DNA from: Lama guanicoe
Lineage: Eukaryota
DNA: 64,000 nucleotides
Assembly (NCBI GenBank): GCA_013239625.1
Contig: MU054187.1
Span: 20,649,280 to 20,713,279, forward strand
Direction: 5' to 3'
Shown: positions 39,697-54,718 of the stretch, piece by piece
Position numbering within the stretch: the first letter of the stretch is position 1
Layout of the letters: every line of letters starts with the position of its first letter
Program-made: the position numbers and the translations under genes
Notes under the pieces: generated by a model
Told to the model about the DNA's origin: nothing
What the model saw: the letters and a program-made list of their open reading frames with translations, nothing else
Database searches by the model: none

Positions 39697-40325
39697 TGAT
39701 ACAGGAAAATGAATGTGGAACAAGAGGATGGCCATGTCCCAGGTCTCAGTTGAGTCTCTGGGACATGCCCCACCAAGTGTGTGTCCTTGGCTTCTCTCAG
39801 GAAAGAATTCAAGAGCGAGCCATGGTTGAGTAAAGGTAGATTTATTCAGAGAGATACATACTCCATAGATAGAGTACAGGCTGTTTCAGAAGGCAAGAGA
39901 AAGGCCATGAGGTGTGGAGGTCGGGTGCTCAGTGGATGTACACTCCATAGACAGAGGGTGGGCCATCTTGGAAGGCAAGAGAGAAAGTGACCAAGAGGTG
40001 TGATGGTGCTAGTTTTTATATGCTAATAAGTGAGAGGATTATTCCAACCACTTTGGAGAAGGGGTTGGGATTCCCAGGAATTGAGCCATGGCCCACTTTT
40101 TGACCTTTTATGGCCAGCCTCGGAACTGTCATGGCGCCTGTGGAAGTGCCATTTACATGCTAATATATTACAATGAGTGTATAATGAAGCTCAAAGTCTA
40201 CTGGAAATCAAATCTCCTGCCATCTTGGGCTTCAAGTCCTACTGGGAGTTGAATTTTTGCCACCTTGGTGTGAATTGCTATTATTTCTTGAATGCCTGTA
40301 CCCTGCCCTCTTCCTTCCTGTCTCA
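39697..40325 (-). mobile_element. ERV1-class solo LTR with an internal ~90-bp diverged tandem duplication
   Basis: TG...CA termini (tgatacagg...cctgtctca), tttatt (antisense poly-A signal) at 39841, GC content raised above the flanks. Confidence 0.75.
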
Positions 40326-40654
40326 AACATATTGCACCTGGACAGTTTAAGAGTTGAGTCCTTGCAAAAATCCACTGAGTATCATCACTGAGGTATTCAC
40401 ACATTTTCAGAATGCTTGCCGTATTTGATTATTAAATCTGACAACATAGATCCCACCTTCCACACATACATTAACAAAACCTCCCAATAACTTCAATTAG
40501 GGAGATTTGGGGAGATAAAATGAAGACACTGTATTTTGTGAAGGAATATAGACCATCACTTGTAGATTTGTATTCCAAGAATCCAATAATAAAGTAATAA
40601 ATGGGAACTTAGGCAGTCTATTTCTTACTTTTTAAAATTATCAAATATTCATTA

Positions 40655-40912
40655 TTTTCCACTTTTATTGAGAAATAACTGGTATGCATCACCATACAGT
40701 TTCAAAGCATACAGCATGATGATTTGATTTATACATATTATGAAATTATTACCACAGTAAGTTTAGCTAATATCCATCTCCTCATAGAAATCACAATTAA
40801 AAGAAAAGAAAGAAGAAAACAAAAAAGAAAAAAAAAAAGGTTCTCCTTGTGATTAATGAGAACTCTTAGGATTTACTCTCTCAACAACTTTCCTATATAT
40901 CATATTGCAGCA
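40655..40912 (-). mobile_element. L1MA-type 3' end fragment
   Basis: ttttattgagaaataactggta...gagaactcttaggatttactctctcaacaactt is antisense to the L1 3'UTR at 12360-12560. Confidence 0.75.
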
Positions 40913-42409
40913 AACACTGACTATAATATTTCTTCATTTTAACCTGATTTTAAGAAAGAAAGTATTAATAAATGAGGAAATTGAGGGTCAGAGAATTAAG
41001 ATAATTATCCAAAATCACCCAAATCATTACTTCTGTGTTGATTGCTAACCCAACGTTTTCAAATTACTGTCTTTAGAAGTAAATATTTTCTTATCCTTGT
41101 ACTTTCCTATAACATATACTTTTTTCATCTAAACAATTTATTGTATTCATCTCTACTCTTTCTGCTCCCACCAAAAAGTCTTTAGATTTGATTTCGTTAG
41201 TAAAGGTTGTGGGTGATTGCATTTTCTTTCTTTGCATTAACTATAAAAAAAAAAGTGGCTTTCATAACATAATTCAGTGTCTTAACAAATTAAAACTACT
41301 TAATACAGAATATGACCCCAGGTAGCCACTGACTGAGACAATGTACAAGATAGGAGAGTTAAGCTTCACAGAGTTTATTCAGGAGGCCCTCATTCAAGCA
41401 CGGCTCCGAGGCACAATTCGGACTGCACAGCATGTTATAAATTCATTGCATCTCCATGGTGAGAGGGGGAGGATAAAAAACATTAAGAATTATTTTGTTA
41501 TCGTTGCTGGAGTTACATGAGAATGCAGTCAACAGTAAAATGTAAGATGTTAAAAGATACAAAAGATTATATTGTAATGTATATTGGTTTAACCCTGCCA
41601 TAATTAAATTTGGCAAATGTCATATGTAAATATAGCTCTAAAGCTTCCACATAAAGAGAAAAGTCTGTGTAAAAAGACGTGGATCAAATAACATAAAGCC
41701 CAGATGGCATAAAATACAATTTTCTTCACTAACTTAATTAGGATTAGAAAGAGGCAGCACATAATTACATTTATTATTTTAGTGCATTGACCAAAATTTC
41801 CAAGGGTTATACTGTTTCTAGGGAATAGATTTTATTACAGGGTTTTAAAATTTTTTAGAATCTCCATAAACATTTTAAATATTTCATGCCACATTTTATT
41901 TGAAATTGTAATTGTTTCATAAAAGTTCTATGATGATCCAAAAGCAGCATACTAAATTTTCTCCATGTGCTCTAAATGTTTGTAAGTCCTCTCATTTCTA
42001 GAGACCACCTCAAAACACATCATTGATCATATGTCTTTACAGAATATTTTTAAAAACCATTCAGTCCTCTAAGAGAACAATTCACTTCACACATATTCCC
42101 CTTTATCTACATATTCTTTACAGATAGACAGAAAGGGAAGGTGGCAAAAATTATCCAAAATTCAGAGGAAATGTTTTGCAATTACTTCTGTAAATTCAAT
42201 TAATAAAGAACAAAATTACTGACGATTTTGCAAACAAAATGTTGTGTCCAGCCTACTATGAAAGAGCCTCACACCAACAATATAACCTTTTATTAACACT
42301 GGCAATAAGTCAAGTGAATAAACAGTAGCCATTTGTCAGCTGGAGGTCAGCTGAATCAGATGTGATAAAACCAGCATAGGGTCTGTAAGAGATTTGGAAA
42401 TATTTACTG

Positions 42410-42658
42410 CAAAAGATGACATAACAACAGAAGTAGAGGTCAGAGAGGTGTGGCCATGAGTCCAAAAATGTGGGCAAATCTAGAAGCTGGAAAAAGCAAA
42501 GACGGATTCTCCGCCTAGGGTCCCCAGAAGGATCACAGTTCTTCTAACCCATTTTAGCTCTCTGACCTTCAGCAATGTAAGATGAAATAATAAATGTGTG
42601 CTGTTTTAAGCTACTGAGTTTGTGGTAATTTGTTACACACCAATAGAGAATTAATACA
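42410..42658 (+). mobile_element. MLT1 LTR 3' fragment
   Basis: ctagaagctggaaaaagcaaag...ttttaagctactgagtttgtggtaatttgttac...agaattaataca. Confidence 0.75.
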
Positions 42659-43484
42659 TGAGCTAGTCAGTCATAATCTGAAGTGAAAGTCATGGTAACT
42701 TCCTTTTATTTCTCTATCTAGCACATAGCGATTCTGTGTTACAGATTCTCAAAATTTTTTGTTCCTATGAATTGAATTTAAGCTTTTGATGATCAACTGA
42801 AATCTTTAATGTAGATGCCGGAAAGAATATTCCTTATGAATATTTTTCAAAAACTTTTTGCAAAAATTACAGGTCAAACATAAAAAAAAAAACCCTCTGA
42901 TAAGAAATAGTTTTCAGATGAAATGCTAGTAAGAAAAACTTACTGATATACTTTAAAAAGTAGAACTCAGATCTATTTCCACTCTAAAATTTCATTGACA
43001 GAATTAAATTTATGTGTCTCAAAATGTCTTCTGAATTGCTTCACTCTAAGAAAGATGTTTAACCAATTTAAATATAACATTGAAAAACAGTTTTGTGCAG
43101 AATTTTGGACAGAAAATAATGACCTTAACCATAAGCTTCAATAATCAGAATGATGTGGTTTTACAGGATTCAAGGCAAAGGATATGCATAATCGTGCTTT
43201 TCTCGTCTCACTATGTAAAGTATGTAGATCCTGTATTCCATTTTTCTAGAATTTAGAGTTTGTCTAAGTTAGTTTTTCATAAAAAAAGTTATAAAGCTTC
43301 TTCGAGACAATTTCTTTATTAAAGTTGAAAAACATGCTCCTGCTTTAAACTTTTAAATTCAAAATCATCTACCTCTATATGAGTTTATTTACTGAGAAGA
43401 GGTAGGATGAGAGAATTCAGCTAGTAATTAGTAAGTCACACATATATGTTCGTAGACCTAAAATTACAAACATTAAAAGGTAAA

Positions 43485-43772
43485 AGCTTCTAGTTATAAA
43501 ATAAAATTGCAGGATGTAATGTACAACCTGGTGACTATAGTTAATAATACTGTATTTGACAGTTGCTAAGGAGTAGATCTTAAAAAGTTTTTATCACAAG
43601 AAAAAAAAATTTGTAACTATATATGGTGACAGATGTTAACTAGATTTTTTGTGGTAATCATTTTGCAAAATATACAAATATGAAATCACTGTGTGGTACA
43701 GCTGAAATTAATATGTTATTGAATTAATAACATACTATTATTTTATATGTCAATTATACCACAATTTTAAAA
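43485..43772 (+). mobile_element. L1MA-type 3' end fragment
   Basis: ggatgtaatgtacaacctggtgactatagttaataatactgtat...gagtagatctta. Confidence 0.75.
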
Positions 43773-44584
43773 ATTAGAGGATTTTTTATCAGTATGGAAG
43801 AGGAAGTTAAAATGTGAGTGTATATATGAAAATTTATCAATTGGTTCTCTGGTTAAACTATCTAAAAATAGTTCTTGATTGCAATAAACCACTTTTCAAA
43901 GTGACTGTCATGGGTAAAGTTATCATATTCTGAATCAAAGTAAAATCAATTGGCATAAAAGAAAACGTATGTTAAATTTAAGAAGTCTCTATATATACAT
44001 ATATATGCACATATATATAAAATTTATATTAATTGCAATATATAACACAACTGAACAAATCCTTAGAAATCTTTTCATATCATCAGACTCTAACTAACCA
44101 TGATTATATTAGAAACTTTCCCTTCCTCTTGTTAAAATTTCATAACTGTCCAATTTACCTGTTGTCAAAGGTGTTTTGCAGAAAAGTGAGATGAACCTTA
44201 AGAACTTGGTACCAAGTGTCATTGGTGAGTATTCAAAAGACACTTTTTTTTTCTTATTGGAGAATAAATAAGGATGCAGAGGAGTGGAGATTTCAAGAAG
44301 CACTTAGAAATTTAAGAAGCTATTTACTTTCAATTTTAGGTGATGCACTGTTTGTCTCCTGATTTGATTTCCAGCAATTAACCAGGAAAATGAACTGATG
44401 TAATTAGAAAACCAGTTGTTCTCAACTTCTTTCTGAATACTAGGGATATGGGTTGGATGTATTTCTCCTTTAAAAATGGATCTTTTCTTTAAGGGCATTT
44501 TGGTTTTTAGTGTTTAGCTGTAAGTTAGTCATTCATCTGTGGTATGACATAGGCTTACCTTCAAAGATTCATTCAGCAACAAAT

Positions 44585-44705
44585 ACTATGTACTATGCTG
44601 TACACCAGAAATTAACATAGCATTGTAAATTAACTCTACATCAATAAAAAAAAAAAACTTCTGCAATACCAATTAAAAAAGAAAAGAGATTAAAAAGAAA
44701 ACAAA
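44585..44705 (+). mobile_element. Very short L1 3' tail
   Basis: tatgctgtacaccagaaattaacatagcattgtaaattaactctacatcaataaaaaaaa. Confidence 0.75.
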
Positions 44706-44996
44706 ATCAGAAATATAAACTTAAAAAATATACAGGTATTTCATGAGATCTGTGTGAGTGTGTGTGTGTCTTTATAAAACAGAGCTATGATTGCTACAAT
44801 TACAATTATATACATAATTTCAAAAATATTTAAATGCTTAAGCACAAGATAAATATTTTAAAAATATGAATTCATTGAATTAATAAAGCTTAGAAATTAA
44901 ACAAATGGATTTTCTGGAAAATTTCCCAGACTCTATCATTGTATAGAAAATTCCATCTCTAAGTTAATGCTAATGTCTAGTCAATAAATTCACATT

Positions 44997-45220
44997 CAGC
45001 CATACCTCATTTAATTGCACTTCACAGATATATTTTTTTCTTTTTAAAAATTGCAGGTTTGTGGCAATTTTGCATTGTCAGATTACAGGTAGCTTTTTTT
45101 AAGCAATAAAGTCTTTTTAATTAAGGAATATGCATTGTTTTTTAGGCATAATTTTATTGACACTTAATAGTGTAGTGTAAACATGACTTTTTCAAGCACT
45201 GGAAAACCAAAACATTTATA
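44997..45220 (+). mobile_element. Tigger1-like DNA transposon fragment
   Basis: cagccatacctcatttaattgcacttcacagata...gtttgtggcaa...gcactggaaaaccaaaa. Confidence 0.65.
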
Positions 45221-46259
45221 TTGGGCTACTAGAGAGACACTTTTACTTTTAAGGAGGAAAAAATAAGATGGAGGTAGATTTTTAAGGAAGAAAAAATGTA
45301 CAAATTTTTCTTGGCTAATTTAAACTCAAAATAATAGTAGGTTTTGGTGAGAAGACTAACAAATTAGAATATTTATCTGATCATAAGCAATTATATTATT
45401 CTCATACCATGAAATTAATCCTTTATCAGAAAGAATGAGAACAATAATAATATCTAGAAACTAAATCACAGCTATCTCAAACTGCTCAGCTTTCTTTTAA
45501 AATTGAATTAGTTACTCACCAGGACTTCTGAAAATATCATATGTTCAGCAATGAAAACGATCACTGTGAGATCAAAGTTCTCCTTGTCTTTCAACTTGCA
45601 TTCTGTGTTTACTAATAACTTTCAAAAGCATGTATCTGGAGCTGCTGCGGCATACAAACAAAAGTGAAATGAGGTAGCAGTATTCACGCATCTTTCCTAG
45701 GGAGGGATGGATATGGCAAGGCCCATTCCTCTTCCCACTCTCAGTGATATCTGCTTCCCAATTCTGTGCTCACAACACCATCAGCACATGAGAACAAACT
45801 ACAACAAGAACACTGATCCAAAAGGAAAGTGTATTACAGACAGTCGACCTAAGACAGACTCGGGAGCCTTGAGACTCTCTCAGTGTTGTGAGTAGAAAGG
45901 TTAAGAATGGGCTATTTTAACAATCTAACCAACCATTAACTACTAATGCCCAAGTTCTCAGACCAAGTCCTTGACTTTGAGAGTCCACATTACCTCTCTA
46001 AACTTTAGCTTCTTCCAGTTAAAATAGAAACGTTAATTAACATCCACCGAATCTGGTTTTGCAGATTAAATGATAGGGCACATTTGAAGCAGCTAGCACA
46101 ATGTCTAACAGATACCGAGAGCCCAACAATCTCCTTGACCTTCTTATACCTGCAGAAGATGCTCACACTTAGTCTTTTCATCTCAAGTCCAACCTCACTC
46201 CAGAAATGAACCCTTGCAGTTTCTCCCCTCTCCCACCTACCTCACAATGATTCTGGCCA

Positions 46260-47040
46260 AAAAAACAGAACATTTTCTACACCCCAGGAGTGCCACCCCC
46301 AGGCCCTCCTTATCATAGCCATTCTCAATTGCTACCTCTTCCTTTTCTCCAAAGGTAAATTACTAACTTCTAATACCATATATCAATTTGCTCTGTTTTT
46401 GGAATTTATATGGACTTTATATGAATGGAGTCATGTTATGTGTTTTTTTGTGTATGTGTGTCTGGGTTATTTCACTCTGAGTTATGTCTGTGGAACTATT
46501 CAAACTATTGCAACATATAATAAATAACGCTGATAAATGTCACAAACAACTCTGTGTAATAATCCAGGCCCGAGAATCTTATGACATAGAATTCCACATT
46601 CTCTATGATATTCCATTGTATGAACATTTTATAAGTTATTTATCTATATTACTATAAATGGACAACTGGATTCTGTGCAACTATTACAAACAATGCTGCT
46701 GTAATTATTCTTGTGTGTGTCTTTTATCCACATTTGGACTCAATTCAGTTGGGTATATATTCAAGAGTAAAATTGCTTCTTATTAAATATTTAATCTATT
46801 GCATAATGCCAGGCAGTTTTCTAGAATGGTTGTGTATGGCAGTACCATTTTTCATTCACATTATCAGTGTGATAGTTTCAATTCCACATTCTCACCACGT
46901 TCGGTATTGTTAGTCTTTTAGTTATGTTGTGGATGTTGGTAGATGGTGATTGTTATAATACGGCAAATTTAGTTTCTTTGATAACTAACAGTACTGAGTA
47001 CATTTACATTGTGATTTGATGTGTTCACTGAACTTGACCC
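46260..47040 (-). mobile_element. Ancient L1ME-type 3' fragment
   Basis: actttatatgaatggagtcatg...ttccattgtatgaac...ctattacaaacaatgctgctgt. Confidence 0.65.
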
Positions 47041-47199
47041 TTAGGTATGTACTTTTTTCTCTATGTATCGTATAATGCTATAAAAATGTTTGTGTAAAAA
47101 TATATCAGGGAACTCAAAAAGAAACTAAACCAGATTTTTTTTAAGTGACTGAGTTAGAAACTCTGAAAACTTATACGACTAATCCCACCTAAAGAATCA

Positions 47200-48180
47200 C
47201 AGTGACCATCCATAAATGGAAAAAGGCAAAGTTTGTTTAAAAGAAAAAAGATGTGTGGTGTCCAAAAGGATTAGCGGATCTTTATAGATTGCAGAGGGAG
47301 AAAATAGAAACTGGAAGAGGAAAAAAATGCAAAGAGACAATAGCTGAGAGTTTTCTAGGATGGATGAAAAGCCAAATCTCAGATTCAGGCAGCAGAACAG
47401 ATCTCAAGCATGATAAAAGAAATGCTTTTCCCTAGATACCGCAGTCAAAGTGCAGAACACCAGAAACAGAGAAGATCTTAAGAGCTTCCAGAGAGGGGAG
47501 GCATTATCCACAGAGCAGGGACATCAGATTGACAGGAGCAATAAAAGTTGGAAAAGAGTTGATTATTTTCAAAAGAGGAGAGAAAATGGCCATCTGATGA
47601 GAATTGTATACAAAATGAAAACTATCTTTTAAGAATGAGTTTTTAAAAATACGTAACTGCACAATGGATGGGATAGGTTGACAGCCCCTAACCCATGGTC
47701 CGTCTTAGGTCTTATACTGGTAATGGTTATTAGGTAGCATATGTCTGCTGAAACGAAGAGTCATAAATTACACAGTGACATATTCTAACTCAAATATAAT
47801 GAAGTCTTTACTCTCTACCAATGTATACAAAACAAAGAGGATCAAGGAATAGACCAAATAATAACCCAGGAGGTGATCAGAGAAAACAGAACTAGCATAG
47901 TATCTTCAACAAGTCAATGGCATAAAAAATATTACTGTTATAAATTTAAAAAAACACTTAAACTACACAATTGGATGCCCAAAATGATTCTGAGCTTGAT
48001 CTGATTGGAGCAAATTCACCAAAAGAGCATATTTTGAACAATTTAAAAATATTTGAATGTGAAATGGTTATGTTGCTATCAAGGGAATTATTTTCACTTT
48101 TGTTCATTGTAAAAGTATCATTTGGCTAGGTAGAGATAGATCATCAATTTTAAAAGAGGCATCCAGAAGTTAAAAAGAAT
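47200..48180 (+). mobile_element. Ancient L1M fragments (ORF1-like and 3' region)
   Basis: gagacaatagctgagagttttctagga...ctcagattcaggcagcagaac (ORF1-like); aacaagtcaatggcat (L1MC/MD-like). Confidence 0.5.
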
Positions 48181-50099
48181 GATTTTTAAGGTTGAAATAA
48201 AGTCATTCATTTTCAAACAAATAATAACACAATTTATGATCAAGATGTTTTTCAAAGAAACAAGTAAATGGTGTAATTAATATAATAAGAGAATTCCATC
48301 TCACTTGTCTGGGTTTGGGTGAGAAAGGATTTCCTGTAGGCGCATCTGGCTACGTGCCCCACTCCTGGGTCCTCCTCCTGGAGGCTGAGTGATTAATCTG
48401 GAGGGCAGGTGACGGGCCATGAGTTGCATTTCTTGACTGGATAAGGCTAGTATAAGGTGGGAGGAGTACAGCATGTGGGAATTGAATTTATGTCCCTTCT
48501 TTTTGCATCCAATCCAATGGGAATTGAAATTTCAGCAACAGTGACTAATCTGCAGGCCTAAACATTAGGTGAACTGTTCACAGATGTGTATTTAGGGTAG
48601 GTAATTAGCAAGCCCATATTTTGTCTCTCGCACTAAGGTATGTTACTCAACTAAGCTTATAAAGTAATAAAGTTGATCATTTATTTCTCCATAGATGGAC
48701 ACTTTAATTTCTAAGTTATTTTATTTCTCAATTAGAAAAGAGTGGTATTTTCTCTCTGATTCCACAAAACTATAAATATCATATTCACTTGGCAGAAAAA
48801 CTTGCATCAAAGCCTGTTACATGATAATCTGATAGGAGATACCTCCTTGGTAAGACTATATAATTAAGCAGGTAAAGACTGAACCATGGAAGGTTTTTAT
48901 GGAACTGATACTTCCTGATGCTGTATTTCAACAGTAAAAGACTCTTCCATGCAAAACATAGAGGAGTATGTTAGAAAAACATATACCTGGTTCAGTAGAC
49001 AAGGAAAAGTTTATGGAGGCACATGACTATCGCAAAAAGTATTAGCTCTACCATGGCAAAAAGGAAAAGGATCAATTTAATAATTTTATTAACTTCTTGG
49101 AAGTGCAACCGACTCCTCTGAAGTGACTTTCAGGACAGCAGAGGTAAATAAAACACTAGCAGCATCATGTATTTCGGCAGAAAAAGATGGATTCAGTACA
49201 CTGGGTTTACAGGGCAGAGTGGAGCACGTTTGTAAAGGGATCAATGCACCCCAGGCACCTTGGGGCTGAACCTTTGAAAGCATCACAGCGGCATTGCACC
49301 GGGTGAATACTCAGCTGAAACAAAATGGGAATGAGAAAGAAAACTCTGGTGGAAAATTTCACAGGTATGGGAAATTTTATTACAAGGTCAGTAGAAATAG
49401 TTTCTGTCAAAGGACTCAAAACGCCTGCTTACAAAGCTATGCCACTTGTCAGCACCCCACTCCTCTGCAACCTGAGGGTGCCACATACATGGGGCACAAA
49501 GAGGAAGTAACAAGGCAAAGAAGAGGCTTTGATACTAGAGGGAAGATAAAGGATCATCATGTTAGGTGAGGACTGGCCTCACTGTCAGTTTCTTAAAGGG
49601 ACAGTGAAACCTTTTACACCCTATTTCTTAAATACCACTATCTGTAAAGGATGAGGCTGTGAATGTGTCTTTGCTCCTGACATTGGGTAAATGAATATTG
49701 TGAGAAGTAAAGTTTTGCTGAGTGACGTCGCCAGGTGTCTTTTAGTTGTATATATTGTAGAGTCAATACAGACAAAATTAACAGTCGTCTTAGTTACCCA
49801 CAACTTCAGTATGCACCTGAAGTCGTCCCAAAACCTTGGTATTTAATTCTTTATTCTCCTCCCCACCATTCTATTTCAGCTCATCACTGTCAGTCATTGC
49901 GAAGACCACATAATCACTTAATAACTACAACACCTCTTTGTTCCTTATTCCAACAATTCTCTTTTCTGACAGCCACTTTCTACCGACTTCGCCCAGCTTA
50001 ATTTCAGTGTTAAATCTTCTTAATTACTCCTTTGCCTACACTTTCAACTCCCTTGCTATTCTTTTATTAAATTGTACTTCCTCATCAAAGCCATACGCC

Positions 50100-51325
50100 T
50101 GGTAAAATCTAAATAAATGTAATGTGAAATGAATGATATTCACAATCAAACCAGGGCAATCAATACACAACTCTACCCCTGGAAAATCAAACCATATGGT
50201 CACTTTACTAATAAAGAATATATGTTTTTAAATAATGATACACACAAAATCTAGAGTGTTGGTAGTCTCTTAGAGGTACAAAAAGAATAAACAATAAAGA
50301 TAAATATAGATAAATTTAAAATACCTTTTAATCAAAATAACCAATAAGATAGCTAAAATGCAAATTATGCAATGGATGAATATGACTGCAACATTTTGAA
50401 CCAATAATTTTTTTCAGTCTAGAATATATTAAGAACTCTTCTAGACTAATTAGAAAAACACAGACATTCCAAATAAAAATGGGTAAGAAACTGGAAAGTA
50501 GTTCATAAAAGAAATGAATATACTAATGGGAAAAAAACATTTAAATTTTGTTTAGCTTTGTTAGAAAAAAAACAGTAAGCCTACAATGAATTCTCTCTCC
50601 TACCTACAAAAGCCAGAAAGCAAGCAAGCAAGCAATCAGACAGTATCAGTTGTTGGTAAAGATGTGGAGCATGAGAACTCATACACCTATGGAAAAAGTA
50701 TAAATTAGCTTAGAAAACAGTTTGCTATTATCTACTAAATTGTGATATCTTCAAATTAGCAAGTGTGACACATCCTATGAGCTAACAGTTATAAACATAT
50801 GCCAAATGAACACTCACGTATAGCAAGAGACAGGGACTAAAATTTTATAGCTGTGTTATTTGTAACACCACCAAACCAACCTACATAACCATTAACAGTA
50901 TAACAAACAATTAAAGCATGCTATTTAAAAAAATGTTTTAAATATAATTTCATGCAATAACATGAATTATCCTCGTAAGTATAATATTGAGCAGAAAAAA
51001 TCAAAAAAAGAACACATAGTCCATGATTCCATTGGCTAATGGAAGAAATATACAAGTGTATAACATAAGGAAAAGTAAGGAAGTGATTAACAAAAACGCC
51101 TGGACTGTAGAAAGGGAAGAGAGAAGAGCTGTAGAAAGAAAGGAAGAGTAAGTGATCACAAAGGGCTTTCGAGCAGGTTTAGGATATTGGTAATATTCTA
51201 CGCTTTAATGTGGATAGTGGTTACACCAAAGTTCTGTTCATAGTTCTTGGTGTTTCATTAAGCTATACAACTATGATTCATGCACTCTTATGTATCTATG
51301 TTATACTGCAAAATAAAAGAAGTAT
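50100..51325 (+). mobile_element. Ancient L1ME-type ORF2 end and 3'UTR
   Basis: gttgttggtaaagatgtggagcatgagaactcatacac...aatataattgagcagaaaaaatc. Confidence 0.6.
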
Positions 51326-51549
51326 TTAACAGTTCATATTACTTTAGAGAGGGATGTCTTGCAAACTAATCAATTTTCATTATAAAATCTAAATGAATTT
51401 TTTAAAGGAAAGTATAAAGTTATAATGAGGCTACTTATCTCTAACCTGCAAAAACGAAACCAAATTGTTACAATGAGGAGCATCACATCTTTTAAGATTT
51501 GGTTTTTTTGATAGCAAAGAGGTTTTCTCTTACATCAAAGAAAGAGGTT

Positions 51550-51733
51550 TACTGTAGTCTCACTTGTCTATTTTTACTGTTGTTTCCTGTGCTTTTGGTG
51601 GCATGCGAAAAATCACTGCCAGGACTGATGTCAATAAGATTTCCCCTATGTTTCCTTCCGGGAGTTTCATGGTTTCAGGTCTTAAATTTAAATGTTTAAG
51701 CCATTTCAGGTTAATTTTTGTGTATGGTGTGAG
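51550..51733 (-). mobile_element. L1 ORF2 internal fragment
   Basis: gtagtctcacttgtctattttt...caggtcttaaattta...gttaatttttgtgtatggtgtgag is antisense to the ORF2 segment at 5390-5600. Confidence 0.75.
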
Positions 51734-54394
51734 GGCCTAAAAGCAGCAGAGGGAAGCTACAGAGGCACAGGGAGGAAACACATACAGACCTACTGTGAGA
51801 TGTTCCATCTGCTCCCACTCTCACTCTCTCAATGTGTAAATGGTGTTGGGGGAGGCAAGGACTTGAGATCTCCAAATAAAATTTTGTTATTAAATTTCAT
51901 CAAAATGTGCTTTTTATAAAGCAGACTACTCCCCCGTGTAGTCTTTGACGAGGAATAACAGCATCTGACTGGGGATTATTGGGTGGTGAGAAGTATTAAC
52001 CTGCAAATGACTAGGGAGAAAAATGAGATCAATTCTCCATTTTCAAGGGGAGATGATGAGAAAAACAAACAGGGAGGCAGCTAACGCAGAGATAACAGGC
52101 ATTTACAGTTCCTCGAGGATTTTATTTATTAAGTTATAAGAATCCCCAGATTATATAGTTGCTTGTTTATTGGTGCTGTTTTGACTATTTGCTTTTGTTT
52201 CAGTCATAAATTATAATATTATAGTTCTAGTCATTACTATGTCATGGCTTTGGAGGTTGAAATGACTCTCAGAAGCAGTAGTAAATATGACTTTAAATAA
52301 AGATATTTTCAAGTTTAATAAAAAATAAAAGACTGGATGAGGGTGTTCACTTTCATCAAAAAATAATAGGCATTAAATATCAGCATATGAGCAGTCAAGA
52401 TGAAAATGGTGTAGGTTGTAAATGCTTATGAAAAGTTTTCTGTTTTTTCTTTTATAATTAAAAAACACAGATATTCACAATACTGAATTACATTCAAAGC
52501 TCCTTACATATTGAACACTGTCAATATGTTACAACTGGAAAAATCCATACACAACAGAATATAGTAACAGAAATAAAATCAGGACTAGAGATAGGAGGTG
52601 TATTCCAATTAGCATGAATATTATGAGACCTCTTGAGTAAGGTGGGTTACACTTGCACTTGGTGAATCTTGAGTGTCCTTTGCAGCTTGGAAATAACAAG
52701 GAGGAAGTGTGTATATTTGCTACTGTGACTTAGAGATAAAGGTTGTTTTTGTTTTCATTTTTCTATTTATTTAAACCAAAGAATGATACTGATGATATGA
52801 AGTAAGAAGTTCTCTATATTCAGAAGTTACTGAACTTTTTTTTTTTTTTTACTGTAACTCCAAGCATTTGCTACAACCCCTTTTTACTAGGAAGGCTCTC
52901 TAATTGGGAAGGGGAGTTCTAGATGTTATGTCCACTCACTTTAATGGAATGGTCCCCACAGCCTGCCAACATCCATGACAATTAATGCCAGTCCTCTTCA
53001 CAGGAGTGAGAGGTGTGGGAAGCTGGCAGGAACCAGATCACAGTTTGTGCTGTATGAAATGCTCAGCTTTAGCCAGGCACCTCACCTGATGATTTTCACA
53101 TAGATTTTGGTTCTACAATCTGACAATATATACAGGTTGTTTTGTATCAAACGATGAAGTCAAATTAACATCAAAAATAAGTAGTGTATATCCAAACAGC
53201 TGAAGTGTCACTAAAGGTCAAACATAAACAAACAATAAAGCAACTATTATTAAACACAGCTCCTTCACAGAAACATCTCAATATTTATTCACGCAGGTCC
53301 TAAATACATAACTGCATGCACATATATACAAAACAGGGTTTGACAAAATTAATATACACAGACAATGAGAATTTTACCTTAACCTATGCTGAGTTTCTCC
53401 CTCTCCTGCCCTGATTCTATACCTATTTTCCAGGATGGAATTAGACTTTGACAGTCAAAAGGGAAATGACCAACAATCCTAGCTTTTAGGAGCAAATCTA
53501 CATGATCAAAAGAAGGAAAAAAATGCAGGTTCCTTCTTCCTAGTCAAAAATGAAGTAAATCCAATTCTGAGTTAATTGAGTTAAAATGGTTCTAACTCTG
53601 AAAAAAAAATCCCGAAACTATTCAACTTCATAGCTAGGTGAAAATTTAGAAGTGAAGATCACCTTAAATTTGTCAAAAAAGAATGTTTTGGTGAAGGCCA
53701 GTTCAGTTAAACTCCAGTTAGAAAATAAAAACCCAAACTGTGGTACTTAAGTAATGATTAAGAGAAGTGATTTGGGGGGGTGGGGACAAAACAGGTCACT
53801 GTCTACAATTTTTATTAATGCATATTTTTCATCTGCTGGTTACTAACTTTTGTATTTTGAACCCACAAATCGGTGTCTAGCTGAGAGAATAACTTATGAA
53901 TGATTAAAATGTAATAAATGACTGCCAAAAACACGTGGCTTTTCAGTCAGATATTGTTGGGTAGAAACATTTATTTCTGTTTTAAATGTCCTTTTGTCTT
54001 CGCATTCCATTACCAATTTATACAACCAGAAGACAAACAAGGACAAATGACCTGAACTAAAAATCTATATTGAAAGATGCTTCCCTTCCCAGCTTACAAC
54101 TCTAGAACAAAGCATCATTAACAGCAAGAACTCTTAACGGTGACTTCTGGCTGGTGCTTTGCCCAAAACCAATTTTAAAAGCATGTCTTTGGAACCCATT
54201 GAGTTGTAGCTACAATAAGATACCTCAGGCATCTTTGAAAATCCTACATATGGTAATAACGTGTAGGATTGAAAAAGAAAACATGTAATTTTAAAACAAC
54301 AATAGAGGATTATGCCAATTCATTTTTCAATAAAAGCCTGAATTTTCACTTTGCAGTGTTCAATTTTTTCCCTATTGAAAATATAGACATAATA

Positions 54395-54718
54395 TAGTTG
54401 TCCTAGGTATCCACGGGAGATTGGCTCCAGGACACCTCAGGGATACCAAAGTCCACTGATCCTCAATTTCCTTATATAAAATGGCACAGTATTTGCATAA
54501 TCTATGCACATCTTCCCATATATTTTAAATCATCTCTAGGTTACTTTTAATACCTAATACAATGTAAATGCTATGTAAATAGTTGCTAGCCCATAGCAAA
54601 TTCAAGTAATTCAAGTTTTGCTTTTGGGGACTTTCTGGAATATTTTTTGCTGAATAATTCTGATCTGCAATTGACTGAATCCACAGATGCAGAGCTCGGG
54701 ACATGGAGGGCCTACTAT
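54395..54718 (+). mobile_element. MER2-like (TcMar-Tigger) element
   Basis: agttgtcctaggtatccacgggagattggctccaggac...gatgcagagctcgggacatggagggcctact. Confidence 0.85.
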